Positions 36,839 through 49,210 of a DNA stretch of 64,000 nt are shown in pieces. The stretch's first letter is position 1, and each line of letters opens with the position of its first letter. A model generated the notes under the pieces. The model worked only from the letters and a program-made list of their open reading frames with translations. It was not told the DNA's origin and did not search any database. The DNA is from Podarcis erhardii. Lineage: Eukaryota. The stretch is taken from NCBI GenBank assembly GCA_964252035.1, contig OZ176200.1; one strand, given 5' to 3'. Both the position numbers and the translations under genes were made by a program.

Positions 36839-39130
36839 TACTTCTGAGTAGAGATGCCTAGGATTGCATGGTAAAGAACCATGAGATTCTGGGGCCAACT
36901 TAAGTAGTTGGTCTATGTAGTAAATATGTGTTATGAAGCAACTATGTGTTATGAACTATTTGTTCATAACTATGTGTTATGAAGATTTCTGCAAACATAA
37001 CATGAAGGCTGGCAACATTAAACCTGCTGTGTGGGAATACCTTGCAGACAACCACCATGCCCAGAGACCGCCAGCCAGGTTGTGCAGAGAAATGACCACT
37101 GGGAGGAGTGCAGAGAGATGAAACACCATAGTGCATCTGGATGCCTTCATCTGCCCCGCCTGCAACTAAAAGGGTCTCTCCTGTATCAATCTCTACAGCC
37201 ACAGCAGGAGCTGTAACTCTTCAAACAGTTTGACTATACCCCCAATGGTGCACTCTTCCATTGTCTCTTGAGACAGACCAATACCAACAATAACAATAAG
37301 GTTGGGTGAGTTCAGCCTCCCCATCTGTATGTCATCAAATACTTCTCTGGTTTATAGATCAGTCTCTAAAGTAGGAGTAGGGAAGCTGTGGCTCTCCAGA
37401 GGCTTTGAGACCGCAACTCCCATCTGTTGCACTCATGTCCTGCTTGTGGACTTCCCATAGGTGTCTTGTTGGCCATTGTGAGAACAGGATGCTGGACTAG
37501 ATGGGCTCTTATGTTACTATCCCTGGGGCAGATGGGAGCTGGAAGCCAACAGCTTCTGCAGGTCAAAGGTTCTCACTCCTCCACTACATAAATGTTCCTC
37601 TTAAGGAAGGCAGGAAGGAACGAAGGAAGACCTTAAATATGTGATTGCTGCATAAGGATTCTTTGGTTCCTTCCACACCCCCACAGCTGAGTCAGTCTAA
37701 TGAGGCACCATTGAGAATACCTAGGTCCGCTGATGGCGTCACTCAGGACGAAGAGAACATTTGAGGGCTGTAGGCCAGCTGTTAGCTAGTCAGGAAAGCT
37801 ATGCAGGAGTAATACCATTTTTAAAAAAGATTCAGACCAGAATTGTGGAAGAAACTCAGATTTCCCTCTTTCCACTCAAGAGGGGAAAAAACGGCTTGCC
37901 AAAAATATCAGCATTAAATATTTGTGACAGCAGCAACAAAAATGGCCAAGGGTGCCAACTAGGAAAGAGTACTCAGCTGCTAGGAAAAAAAGGGTTCTGT
38001 GTCCAGCTCAGAGATGGGAATGCTCTTTGCTTTGAGAGCAGAAGGAACAACAACAAAATGAATATCCCCTGTGCCTCTTGCATCAGCCTGGGATGAAAAT
38101 GCTTGATTGCATGAAACGTCATCTGCTCCTAGTTAGAGGAATGCTGCAGACCAGCCCCAATGCAGTTGGCAAGCCAAATGCATTCACACACACACACAGA
38201 AATGGCATGGCAAAAATGCACACAGCTGACATGCTCAAGGGAGGCATAGCCGCCATCCTCTGCCACTTCAGATGACCCTCGTGGCAGGGCCCCAAGCTGC
38301 TAATCTTGACAGTTGAAAAACAATCCACTGGTGCTTCAAAAACAAAATGAAAATACTCATCGCCCACTCCCAGCCAATACTGAAAGGAAACCTGTTGTGG
38401 TTAAATGACTTGGTCAGTTCTTCGGGGATTTTCCAAAGTTTCCTATAAAAAGGAATCTGTGGGAAATGAACAATTGCATAATAGCTAACACATGCCAATT
38501 CATATAAGGGTATTATCTTTTACGGCATGTGGGTCTCAATTGTCCTTACTCTGGCAAATTGCTGTCTTGCAACACTTCTTCCTATTCAACTATTTACACA
38601 GTTTATTCCAACCCAAGCTTTCTTGTTGTTAAAGGCATTTGCCATCTGCATTAGGAAAACAAAACAAAAGCAAGGCTATGCTTATTGTTATTGTTGTTGT
38701 TTGGCATAATATATTCTCATTTTTCTCACCTACCACAAAATATATTGAAATAAGAGATCTATTGAAAATGGAAGGGCTGTTAAAGGCTGAGAGGACTTAG
38801 GAGTTTTATATCTTGAGAAAGCTGAAGACAAACACTGCTGCTGTGATCTTTCCATTCATCCCACTGGAGCTGCAAAGAGCTGTGAACCCTGCCAAAGAAA
38901 TGGGGAAGATGTCCTAGCAAATAGATCCCACTGATTCCATGGCTTTAACAATTTGGGCTATTAAGTGTGTTGGCAAGGAGATGGCAAATACACAATCCAG
39001 CTATAGAGCCTGTTCACATGTTTCTGTTCTAATGGTGAAAGGGAAAGCTGTTAAATGGATCGCCCACCTGGAAAATAGTGAACTGACAATGGGACCATAT
39101 AATTAAGATGTGGGTGGATTGTGGGGGGAA

Positions 39131-39436
39131 TAGTGTCAGACTTACATATAAGCTAAACAAGTTATAGCTTAGGGTCCCACTCTCTTGGCCCCCCCCAAAA
39201 AAAAATCACTATTAATATAGTTCTTAATTGTATTTCAGTTCAACAATTACAATAAAATACATATTTTGTTATGTGCAAATTGCTTTACATACCTATTAGG
39301 TCCACAGATTACTATATAGCATATATTCAACACAAAAAACAGCGACAATTTGTTGTTGACAAAGGACAGCTGGACATATGAAGAGCCCCATTACCTTCAG
39401 TAGCTTAGGGCCTCATCAAACCTAAATCTGGCCCTG
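39131..39436 (-). mobile_element. ~305-bp non-autonomous hAT element
   Basis: Reverse complement of 52328-52632; degenerate 8-bp TSD GGGGGGAA / CGGGGGAG (6/8). Confidence 0.8.
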
Positions 39437-40370
39437 CGGGGGAGCAGGGAGAAAGAAAGAGGAAGGGGAGCAACACAGTCGTGCAGTATCTGCTTTGCAC
39501 AGAAAAGGTCTCCAATTACAGCTGGGAAGGACCCCTGCCTGAAATCCAGGTAAGGTAAGACCATATTGAACTAGATGAACCAACAGTCTGACTCCACATA
39601 AGGCAACTTCCCATTCCTAATGTGTTGGTGTTAATAAGCCAAAAGTGGGGCATCAAGTCATGCAAGGAGGTTGAGGAAATCTTTGAAGAGCACCTTCCCG
39701 CTGTGGGCACCTTAACTCAGCTAGAATATTACAGGAGGATGTTCTTTTTGTCAGTTGAGCTTGTTCCCTACCTAGAAAAGCAGAAGGAGAAGAGGCAGAA
39801 AGCATCACAAACAGCCACAGAAGCAAAAAAGAGAGAGGCGCAAACTTGCAGAATGGTGCCTGGAGAAAAAATTGTTAGTTCAAATGCACGGCCCAACACA
39901 TTTTGACAAAAAGTTCCCTCAGGGGAGATAGTTATAATTTTCTCATTCCTTGACAAACATCTGGGTGAACTACAACTCCAAGAAAGCACCTTTTTGAAAT
40001 AAAGGAATTTGTAACTTATGCCCCTGAGGAGCAGATTTTGTCAAAATGCATCGTACAGTCTCTATGAGCATATTCCTGTTCAGGCACTCCTTAGAGATTT
40101 GGCGTTTTCTTCTTTGACTTTTTTGCCTTGAAAAAAAGGGGGCATATCATGACACTGGAAAGCATTTTATGAATGGATATGAGTCAGTGGCGGCTGGTGC
40201 CCATTGAGACTGGTAAGACAGAAAGCAGAGAGCTCAAAACTGGGTGCAGCCAGAGCCACTGACAAGCACAGCCAACCAACTCTACTTTGGTCTCCATTCT
40301 CCTCCCTGTTGAGTTCTACAAGTGCAACACTGAAACTTGGAAGGAGGAAGCTGGCAGCCAGTGCTAGTTC

Positions 40371-40417
<47 letters not shown>

Positions 40418-40742
40418 TTGTACCCCGCCCATCTGGCTGGGTTTCCCCAGCTACTCTGGGCGGCTTCCATAAAGACCAAAAATACATTAATATGTCATAC
40501 ATTAAAAACTTCCCTGAACAGGGCTGCCTTAAAGTGTCTTCTGAATGTCAGGTAGTTGTTTATCTCTTTGACATCTGATGGGAGGGCGTTCCACAGGGCG
40601 GGTGCCACTGCCGAGAAGGCCCTCTGCCTGGTTCCCTGTAGCTTTGCTTCTCGCAATGAGGGAACCGCCAGAAGGCCCTTGGCGCTGGACCTCAGCGTCT
40701 GGGCAGAATGATGGGGGTGGAGATGCTCCTTCAGGTACACTA
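40371..40742 (-). mobile_element. L2 LINE 3' end with (ATT)n tail
   Basis: Minus frame ...TRQRAFSAVAPALWNALP... (L2 RAFSxAAPxLWNxLP motif); (AAT)~15 at 40371-40417 forms the tail. Confidence 0.88.
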
Positions 40743-40861
40743 GACTGGATATTACTAAAAAGGTAGGCAGGTGGTAGTGCAGAACTCCATTTGTTCTACT
40801 AATACAGAGTGAGCAATCAGAGTGAGCAAAGAGGCAGGTGTGTTGAACCCTACTCTGTCAT

Positions 40862-41160
40862 CTTGAGCTTTGTGCAACTTTTGATACTATTAAATCATGG
40901 TATCCTTCTGGAACAGCTCGGGGAGGTGAGGGCTGGTGGTTCTGCTCCTACCTTTGGGAACATTCCCAGGGTGTAGTTATAAGGGATATTGCCCAGCAGC
41001 ATGGGAGTTGCCCTGTGTGGTGTCCCTCTGTGCTACTTAATATTTCATTTGAAGCTGCTGGGAACTGCCATCCGTAGATTTGGAGTGAGGTGTCATCAAT
41101 ATGCAGATGATTCACAGCTCTGGCTTTCCTTTCCACCTGAATCAGGTTCTAGCCCAGCGC
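40862..41160 (+). mobile_element. Degenerate L2 RT fragment
   Basis: ...DT.NHGILLE... and KLLGTAIRRFGVRCHQYADDSQLWLSF (YADD motif). Confidence 0.75.
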
Positions 41161-42792
41161 TTAGAGGTGGCAATGGGCTGGATATTGCCTAATAAATTAA
41201 AAGTGGATGCAACCCCCTCTTCCAAAAGATGGGCAGCCATTTTGGAAGGCAGGGAGCCTTCTCCAGTTTGGAGAGGGACACTTCCATTAGCAATATGTAT
41301 TCTTCAGGTGAGATGGGAAACATGGCAGTGGCTGGAGCTCTTACTAGAGCTCTGGAATAAAAACTGGGCAGAGATGAATTTTTTTTGGCTCTGCAGAACT
41401 GGTTGGATTCCAGTTCCCATCAGCCCCAGCCAGCAGGGCCAATAGTAAGGGATGATTAGAGTTACAGTCCAGCATCACTCAGAGGGTGACAGGTTCCCAA
41501 TCCCAGCTGTAGGTGACAACATTACAAGGCGGTGTGGGTGGGTGTTTGGTGTTATTTCTTTTTTATGGACCTCCCACTACTGCTCCTAAGGTATGTAGCT
41601 TCCCCACCTGGACAAGATGAGGCACTTCAGCTCTCTTCTAAAAATAAATTGAAATTGCTCATTTGAAGATGATCACATGAAGATGATTGCTAGCTTGATA
41701 AATTGCTCAAACCAAGAGCTAGTGCATGTCATATGACACACACACACACTATATGTATTCCCATTCCTTCTCTACATTCTATAATTCAGCAGGAATTTAC
41801 CATATGCAAGCCATCATAATAATTATATCCTTTCATGATGCATCTATCCTTGTCGGGATAAACTTCCCAGCTGTGACCTAATTGTACTCGCAATCCTGAA
41901 ACTACTTTCTAGAGAGTAGCCCCATTGACATTAATAGTTTTCTTCCAGAGTAAGTGGCCCATGGTGGCTGCCTGACTCACTGTCTTCTGTTTTCAAAACT
42001 GTGCTTAGTTGAAAGCAAGGAGTTCAGAATAATGTTTATTACCCATATTTTAGTGACTTGTCAGTTTTTTAAAACACAAGCTGAAATATTTTAGAAATCC
42101 CTTAGTAAATATAGCCCCAATTCCCTTGCTGTATTTCATGGGCTGCTATTTCCCTTTCAAAAACAGAGATTAGACGGTTCAGATTTAGAGAAGAAAATTG
42201 CAGCGCTAATCTGCAGGTATTTCTCTTCTCGATAGGACCACTAATGTCTAATCTGCACAAAGCAGGCCAAATTGTTGCAGTTTTCATTAAAGCTGAAAAG
42301 AATGATTTGCCAGGGATTTGAACTGGAGTGAGGCAACCTCTCCAACCTGCCAGCGATTGTACCAACGCGTATCGCATCTGTGCCAAAGAGCAAGCCAAAA
42401 AGCAACAATCACACCCCAGAAAAACTCATTGAAATGTTGAAATGATAACAGCAGAATGGATTGAAATCTCTAGGCAAAAAAGTATTGCTCTGTTGGAATA
42501 TCATGGCCATGAACCAGCTGAAGGTGGGGACTGGGAAATTTAAAGGAGCATACAACCTTGGCAATAAGTTTGTAAATATTGTTACATGCCACCACAAGTG
42601 CTGAGAGACCACAAGGGTTCAAAGCACCTACGCAGGTCTGGTTTCACTGGAGTGAGGGTCAGTGGAGACTGTGATATCTTCAGGATATGTGGTTATATTT
42701 ACACATTTATACAGTGCTTTTCTTCTAGGAAAGTGCAGGTACTCACCATGAAGTTGTTGCAGTAAGGGCCACACTTTTAACCAGTGGTTTTC

Positions 42793-42923
42793 NNNNNNNN
42801 NNNNNNNNNNNNNNNNNNNNNNNNNNNNNNNNNNNNNNNNNNNNNNNNNNNNNNNNNNNNNNNNNNNNNNNNNNNNNNNNNNNNNNNNNNNNNNNNNNNN
42901 NNNNNNNNNNNNNNNNNNNNNNN
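42793..42923. other. Assembly gap (131 N)
   Basis: Run of N. Confidence 1.
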
Positions 42924-42980
42924 GGCTGCCATCTGCCTTCATGTAACCACAGCAATTCCTTCCAACAGAATCTCACTCAC

Positions 42981-43015
42981 CTTTAGGGATTCCTTTGTTG
43001 TTGTATCTCTGAGAG
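42981..43015 (-). other. Candidate 35-nt exon of an unidentified minus-strand transcript
   Basis: GTCTCTTTCTTTCTTTTTTCATTAG|CTCTCAGAGATACAACAACAAAGGAATCCCTAAAG|GTGAGT; two frames open (LRDTTTKESLK; SQRYNNKGIPK). A second consensus donor ATG|GTGAGT lies at 42741-42749. Confidence 0.4.
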
Positions 43016-44298
43016 CTAATGAAAAAAGAAAGAAAGAGACGGCCACATGGAAAGCATTGAAAAGGTAGATGTATACAGAGGTTGTCTGCATGGCTCATAA
43101 CACATTTAAAAGGGTCTTACCCATCCCTGCATCATTTGCCTGCCAGAGCAGGAATCTTTGCCACCCACCGCATGGAGTACTGACAGGGGCAAGTGTTTGT
43201 TTGTTTGTTGTTATTTTGGCACCTTCTGTGTGGCTCTCATCTCATTTAGAAGACTACTTCTTGCACCCAGCTTCCATGGGAGCTCAGCATGCCACTTGTG
43301 AAAGGGCTACAGGGTGATGGGATAGCAAAAACAGGAAGCTTCTGCACATGGAAAAGTGCAAGGATGAATGTGATGTGTGAGTGGATTTTGCTGAAGAACA
43401 CTGTCTGCCCTGAACATGAGTTGCAGCTGTCAAATAAACTGAAGAAATGATTTAATCGTATTTTTGTTCCAATGAAATAAATATAGGAATTATTTTTTTT
43501 AAAAAAATCAGTGAGATCCACACCCTGAATCTATTAGACAGTTCTCACTACAGGTGATATAGGACTTATGTGAGACAGGAATAGTCTAATGCCAACACCA
43601 CAGCATACTGGTAGCATATTAAAATAGTAGTACATACTAGTATCTGCTGACTACAAAAGGGTCTGTTGCACCAGCATAGTATACAACTTCCTCTATCTTT
43701 TCCAACTTTCTGTTTCCCATTTTCTAGCTCATTTGACAGGACATGCTCACTGAACATGAGGTTTGACCTTGCATCCTTCTGTAATGTTGCTAAGTCGCCT
43801 CACAATATCCAAACTAGCCCAAAAGTTGGGCATTGCAATTCCTGGAGTTTGAATGAATTTACATATTCAGATGTTATTCCAGGGAGAGGAGCATGACCCC
43901 GTGAAACCACCTCACTCTTCATTACCTTGTGTAATTGCACTTGGCCTTCGTCTTCTGAAGAGCTCTAACTCTCCAAACAGACGAGGGCCCCTCTTGAGGG
44001 GATGCTGCAGGGCACTAGAGCATCTCAGGTGCTGCCTGTTGGCTTAATAAAAGGATAGGATTTCCATTAACTTCAGGCAGGCTTAATGTATTGTTCTTGT
44101 AGTGAGACAGTCAGAATGAGTCAGGAGCCAACGAATACACTTTATAGACACAAATAATCGTAAATTTAGAATGTCACCTTTAGGCAAAGGCATTTTTATT
44201 ATTGTTAGTGGAGCTGCTGAGTAGGTTTGATGTTTTATTCTCCTGGGGACTAAATGTTCCAGAGTACCGAAGCCCTATCTTTATCAGGCTCACAAGAA

Positions 44299-44492
44299 NN
44301 NNNNNNNNNNNNNNNNNNNNNNNNNNNNNNNNNNNNNNNNNNNNNNNNNNNNNNNNNNNNNNNNNNNNNNNNNNNNNNNNNNNNNNNNNNNNNNNNNNNN
44401 NNNNNNNNNNNNNNNNNNNNNNNNNNNNNNNNNNNNNNNNNNNNNNNNNNNNNNNNNNNNNNNNNNNNNNNNNNNNNNNNNNNNNNNNNNNN
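44299..44492. other. Assembly gap (194 N)
   Basis: Run of N. Confidence 1.
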
Positions 44493-47199
44493 TTCCAGCC
44501 CACGACAGCTGTACAGGTGCAAATCTTTCATTAACTCTTAAACAGCAGTGAAATAAAAGTTACATTTTAATTTATGTGGGTGGAGGGGAATGTGCTACTC
44601 CAGGAATCAGGAGGGAGGCGAGGGAACTCTGCTGTTCAATGAAATAGGATGGGCTCTTCTTTTCCTTTTTTTCCTTTTTTCCTTTTCCTTTTTTGCTTCA
44701 CTTTTATCAACATTAAGCCATAATGTACTTTCCCTGCTAACCCCTACAGGTCATGTGGGAATTTTTCTATCCAGGTTTGTTTCTACGGAGGTAGTTTAAA
44801 TGGCAAATTGACAACCTCAGAGGGATATTTAGAGGGAGACAGATGGGCAGACAAAGAGGAAAGGATTCTGCTCTCAGTGACAGAAGCAGGATTGCTCCCT
44901 ATGCATCAGAACGCTGAAATCTGCCCATAAAAAGCAATTTCGTTTTGGTTTAATAGACATGTGCGAGTCTGTGGTTAGATTAGCCCTGCTCAAGACGAAA
45001 AAACATCAACTCCATTTCTGTATATGCTAATGCTGTGACAGGAAAAGCTTTAAAGTGTTGGTAACCAGTTTCCCCTTTTTAAATCTTGGTGATAAACTTC
45101 ACTAAAATATTAGTGCCTAAGAAAACTGTATCAGGCAGCGCATAAGAGTCATTAAACAAAAGATATCTGCCACTGACTAAATAGATTGCACCACTTTTAG
45201 AGGCAAAGCCACGTAGCTGACAGGGAGTCCTGAGAGACAAGGGCTCTTTCATTTAAAGGGATGTTCGAAAGACTAAGAGGCTAGGGGCTTTTGAGCTGGT
45301 AAATAAAATAACACAGCAAGGAAAGTTATATGAGCCATGCCATCTCATTAGTGGCTATCATGCCCACTGAAAAGATGAAAGAAAGGGACAAGTGGTGTTC
45401 TGAGGTAAAAAAGTTTTTTGTTTTGTTTTTTTTAAACGGGACATTTTCAAATAAATCCAAATCAACAGAAGGCAGGGAGAGGAAAGAGATGTAAAATGTG
45501 CTCTCAGCGTTTTGTAACCATGCAGGGTGGTTGGAGCTGCAAAAGGGATTTAGGAATATTAGATGCACATGTGGGGGGCACTGCTTATGACAGCTTAACG
45601 GCTCGAAGTTTTAATTGCTGGGCACCTTGGGTGGCTCATCTGTGGTGCAAATATTTTCAAATGCGACAAATACGTTTTAAAGCATTTTTTAAAAAATATA
45701 TATATATATCACAAAATATGACAAAATGCTAGACGCCGCAGGGAAGAGAAGCTGGTGGCAGCAGCTGTCTGTCTAGAAGCAAGTGTGAGTGTGTGTAGAG
45801 CTATAGGGAGTGGGCAACTTTGAAGACATGCTAGTGATATGTCAAGAAAGCATGCAAAGTACAAAGACTGAGGGCAAATTTTAAATAAACAAATAAAACA
45901 ACAAGATACAGCTCCTAGCTGGTCATGTAAATTCCAGCTGCTCTTAGTCAAAGACATAGTGTTGACCCAACTCGTGTGGTACTAAATATGTCATTTAAGT
46001 AGGACAAATTCTAGCCGTTCATTCCTCGTCTGACCATTTTACAAGGGAGAAGAGGTATATAATTGGTCACTCACAGGAGCAGCTGAGATTTTTCTCAGAA
46101 CGCTTTCCTAGAATTCAGAACCCTTTCGCCCACACAGAGGACGAGCTTCTGCTGTGTGGAGTTCAAAGGAATAGCATTCTTTTCAGCTGAAGCTCGGCTA
46201 TTTGTAGATTGGGGTGATCTTCACATGTGCTCCAAACCAGCATGGGAGCACTTTGTCTTGGTGTGATGCTAAGATTGCTGGTGTGCTTTTGGATCTTCTC
46301 AACCAAGCAGCTCTCTCCCTCTTGGTGGGTACCAAAAGCACACCCTGGAGACCTACCACTGACCAGATCACACAACATTTGCCTAGATGAATCCATGGTC
46401 CGGCAGCTTCTTATGGGAAAGGCACATATGGTTACATTAATCATATGTGCCCCCCTGTGATTTGGGATTGCAGCACATGGAAGTGATTCCCACATCATAA
46501 ATGTAAGCAAGAAATGCATTTATGAGTTCAAAGTATTTGTAAGTCTGAAAGTTTTTGATGTCCAACTACATATTTAGGACATTTAAGTTTGATATTCATT
46601 TATTTTGTTTTCAATATTTATATACCGTAAAATGACAAATGTTTTCTTGGCGATTTACATATCTTAGCCACTTGTGTATACCTCTCTCTTTTCTTCTTAC
46701 AGCCAAACACAGTTTCTTCAGAACTCAAGCTATCCTGCCTCACACTTCTGTCAAGCTGGCAAGCTGTCTTCTAAGCATGGTGCCTCTTCTTTATAAACCA
46801 AAATGTAAGCCATTCAACTAGCTTAGGTTTCAGATTTGTGTGTGTGGTCAGTGATTTTAAAATCTGAGGCCAGAGTGAATTAAACACAATTAAATTAGCC
46901 ACTCGTTAACATGCTAGGTGCATCAGTGCAGAGACAGGTTGCGGAAAGAAGATTCTACTCCTTCCTTCACATGGATAATGACTTCCTACCATAATTATAT
47001 GTTTCTTCTTGGATTGTCTTTAAGGGAGATAATCCCGTGTCTCCTCTGCCCCCCAAAGGCTGGCATGATGAAGTCTTTGGGGGTAGCTGCCTCAGGATCT
47101 AAAGTAGCAACACTGATCCTTTGATCAAATTCTTCCAGACTTAAGACAACCAATTTATTTAGATAGATTCAGAAAGAGTTGGATGCCACAATTAGAGCA

Positions 47200-47600
47200 A
47201 GTCCAATGGAGGCGTCCAGGGAACTGCTTGTTCCATCTGTACTGGAGCTGTTTTGATTATTGCAGCCTGAGGTTGTGGACAAGCAGCTTGAGGAATCACA
47301 GACAAGAACCCGCCCTCTATCTTGGCTTCTTAGAGCAAGCCATAGGGGGTGGGTCCAGGGAGGGATCAATGCTTCACTGGAGGAGAGGGAAGTACCACCT
47401 CCTTGAAGGAGGTAGTAATGTGTCTTCTCCTTAGGAAGAGCTCATTGGACCTAGAAATGATAAAAAGAATATTGCCCTGTGGTAGGGCAAAGTGATTGAG
47501 AATATGTCCAGCTTCAGGCATCCTTGGAGGAAGTTGACAACTTGGATCTATTCCAGTCCAACTTCAAGTCTTGTCATGGCAGTGACCACTGGCACAGCAT
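47200..47600 (+). mobile_element. Degenerate L2 ORF2 fragment (N-terminal to the RT core)
   Basis: Broken frames give PEVVDK...PLSWLLRAS...GWVQGGINASLEE and LDLFQSNFKSCHG, matching the L2 pattern SWLxKAS..GWVQEVINASL / LDPFQSGFRPGHG. Confidence 0.7.
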
Positions 47601-48269
47601 GTCCAGATACTCCTTCTGTATCCTGCCACTTTCACCTTTGCCCACTCAGTCCTTTCTCTCTGCCTAAGCAATCCTTGGCTCCCCCTTGCCTATTAACACC
47701 AGTGCTTCCAAACGGTAACGTTTTCTTTTGTCAGACCATTTGCATGTTCACTTGTATAACAGAATGCGAACTTCCAGAATGTCCAGAAAATATTTTCTCA
47801 TAGGTTTGGTCTGTTTCCTCAGTAAACAGGTCATTTCCTGAGATACCTATCACAGACAAACCCGTGTGAGGTTTGAGAATGTTCTGTGAAATGGGAGGAA
47901 GCCAGCCGTGAGATGGAATTTGGGTTTCTAAACAGTGTTTCCAACGTATTCTGCTGCTTTATCTTTGAGTCAACACCCTGTCCTCCCCCCCTTCTTCAAG
48001 GACCTCAAGGTATTTTTACTTAACTGAACTAAATATTATATCAGCCTACATTACAACGCACATCATTTTGGATAAGGAAATAGGTTATGGTAGATGACAG
48101 CCTCAAAATCATGTTATTGTTTCAGCCAATATCAACATATTCCATCAGTGTACAGTATAATACAGTGTTGTCCAAATATAAAGAACTATGGAGTTCTTCT
48201 CTTAGGGATGATTCATTGGCCTCATGTTTTATTATGTAGCTGTTCCTGACTCATGGCATCCTAGTCACA

Positions 48270-48454
48270 GGGGAAGGGCTGTGGCTCAGTGGCAGAGCAA
48301 CTGCTTTGCATGCAGAAGGTCCTGGGTTCAATACCTGGCATGTCCAGGTAGGACTGTGAGTATGATTGAAACCCTGGAGAGCCATGGTTGCAGAAAGTAC
48401 TGAGCTAGATGGACCAATTGTCTGACTCGGTAGAAGGCAGATTCCTATATTCCT
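48270..48454 (+). mobile_element. tRNA-Ala-like-headed SINE with CR1-type 3' end (Squam2-like; name tentative)
   Basis: A box TGGCTCAGTGG 48282-48292, TTTGCAT anticodon-like loop, B box GGTTCAATACC 48325-48335, tail GAGCTAGATGGACCAA..GTCTGACTC...TTCCT. Confidence 0.75.
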
Positions 48455-49020
48455 GTATGCAGTAGGCAACATACGTCTCATTAGAGTGTTTGCACCTCAC
48501 CATAACCTAAACTTAATGTGAGTTAGCAGCAGCATTGTAAAACCACAATGTGGCTAACCATAGATCCGAAGATGCAACATGCTCATGTGTGAAGCTGACA
48601 CCTTGAGAATATATTGAGAAGCTCTTACAAGAACTTTGTGAAAAGTGGCAAAAAATAAATAGAAAAGTTTCGTTTGTTACATTCAAATGCATATTCCTGT
48701 AGTTACACAGAGTGCTAATTTATCCTAATGTCAGTAGCCCTGGAGTCACTTCAGTTGTAAAATGAGGAGGTCAGAGTTATTTTATGAAGGCATAAGAATC
48801 CATGTCCACTCTAGCCATCTGACAATCTATTGCTTTTTTTGGTTATTCATTATGCATATTAAGGCTGTAATCACTATATCCATTTACTTGAGAGTGAGGC
48901 CCATTGAACCAAGTAGGTCTGATTTCTGATTAGAGTTGCACAGGATTGTGCTGTCAGTGTCCAAATCATCCTCACTCTTTGACCTGCTTCCTTGCATGTA
49001 CCATTGGCTCCTATGGAGTA

Positions 49021-49210
49021 CAATCGTACCTCAGAAGTCGAACAGAATCTGTTCCACAAATCTGTTTGACTTCCGAAGCATAGCTTCTGATTGGCAGATG
49101 TTTGGCTTCCAAAAGAGTGTTTGAAAACCAGAACACTGACTTTTGGTTTTCGATTGTTTGGGAGCCGAAATGTATCAGTTCTGGGATGTTCGAGAACCGA
49201 GGTACAACTG
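49021..49210. mobile_element. Tc1/mariner (Tigger-like) MITE
   Basis: TA-CAATCGTACCTC...TCGAAC / GTTCGAGAACCGAGGTACAACTG-TA. Confidence 0.75.

Noticed and set aside
46421-46451. ~12-bp hairpin (also a perfect 10-bp hairpin at 12827-12850) as a pre-miRNA
   Set aside because: The stems are far too short for a Drosha substrate, and I noticed no known mature miRNA sequence.
46237-46460. ORF MGALCLGVMLRLLVCFWIFSTKQLSPSWW resembling a Wnt signal-peptide exon downstream of TATATAA (46056)
   Set aside because: It lacks the TGG-TG|GT donor typical of Wnt first exons, and no Wnt Cys-rich exon appears in the remaining 18 kb.
47065-47116. C/D-box snoRNA (ATGATGA...CTGA)
   Set aside because: It is too short, has no terminal stem and no recognisable rRNA guide.
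48270-48340. tRNA-Ala gene (also tRNA-like heads at 12121 and 10110-10182)
   Set aside because: The acceptor stem is incomplete and runs directly into a SINE body and LINE-derived tail.
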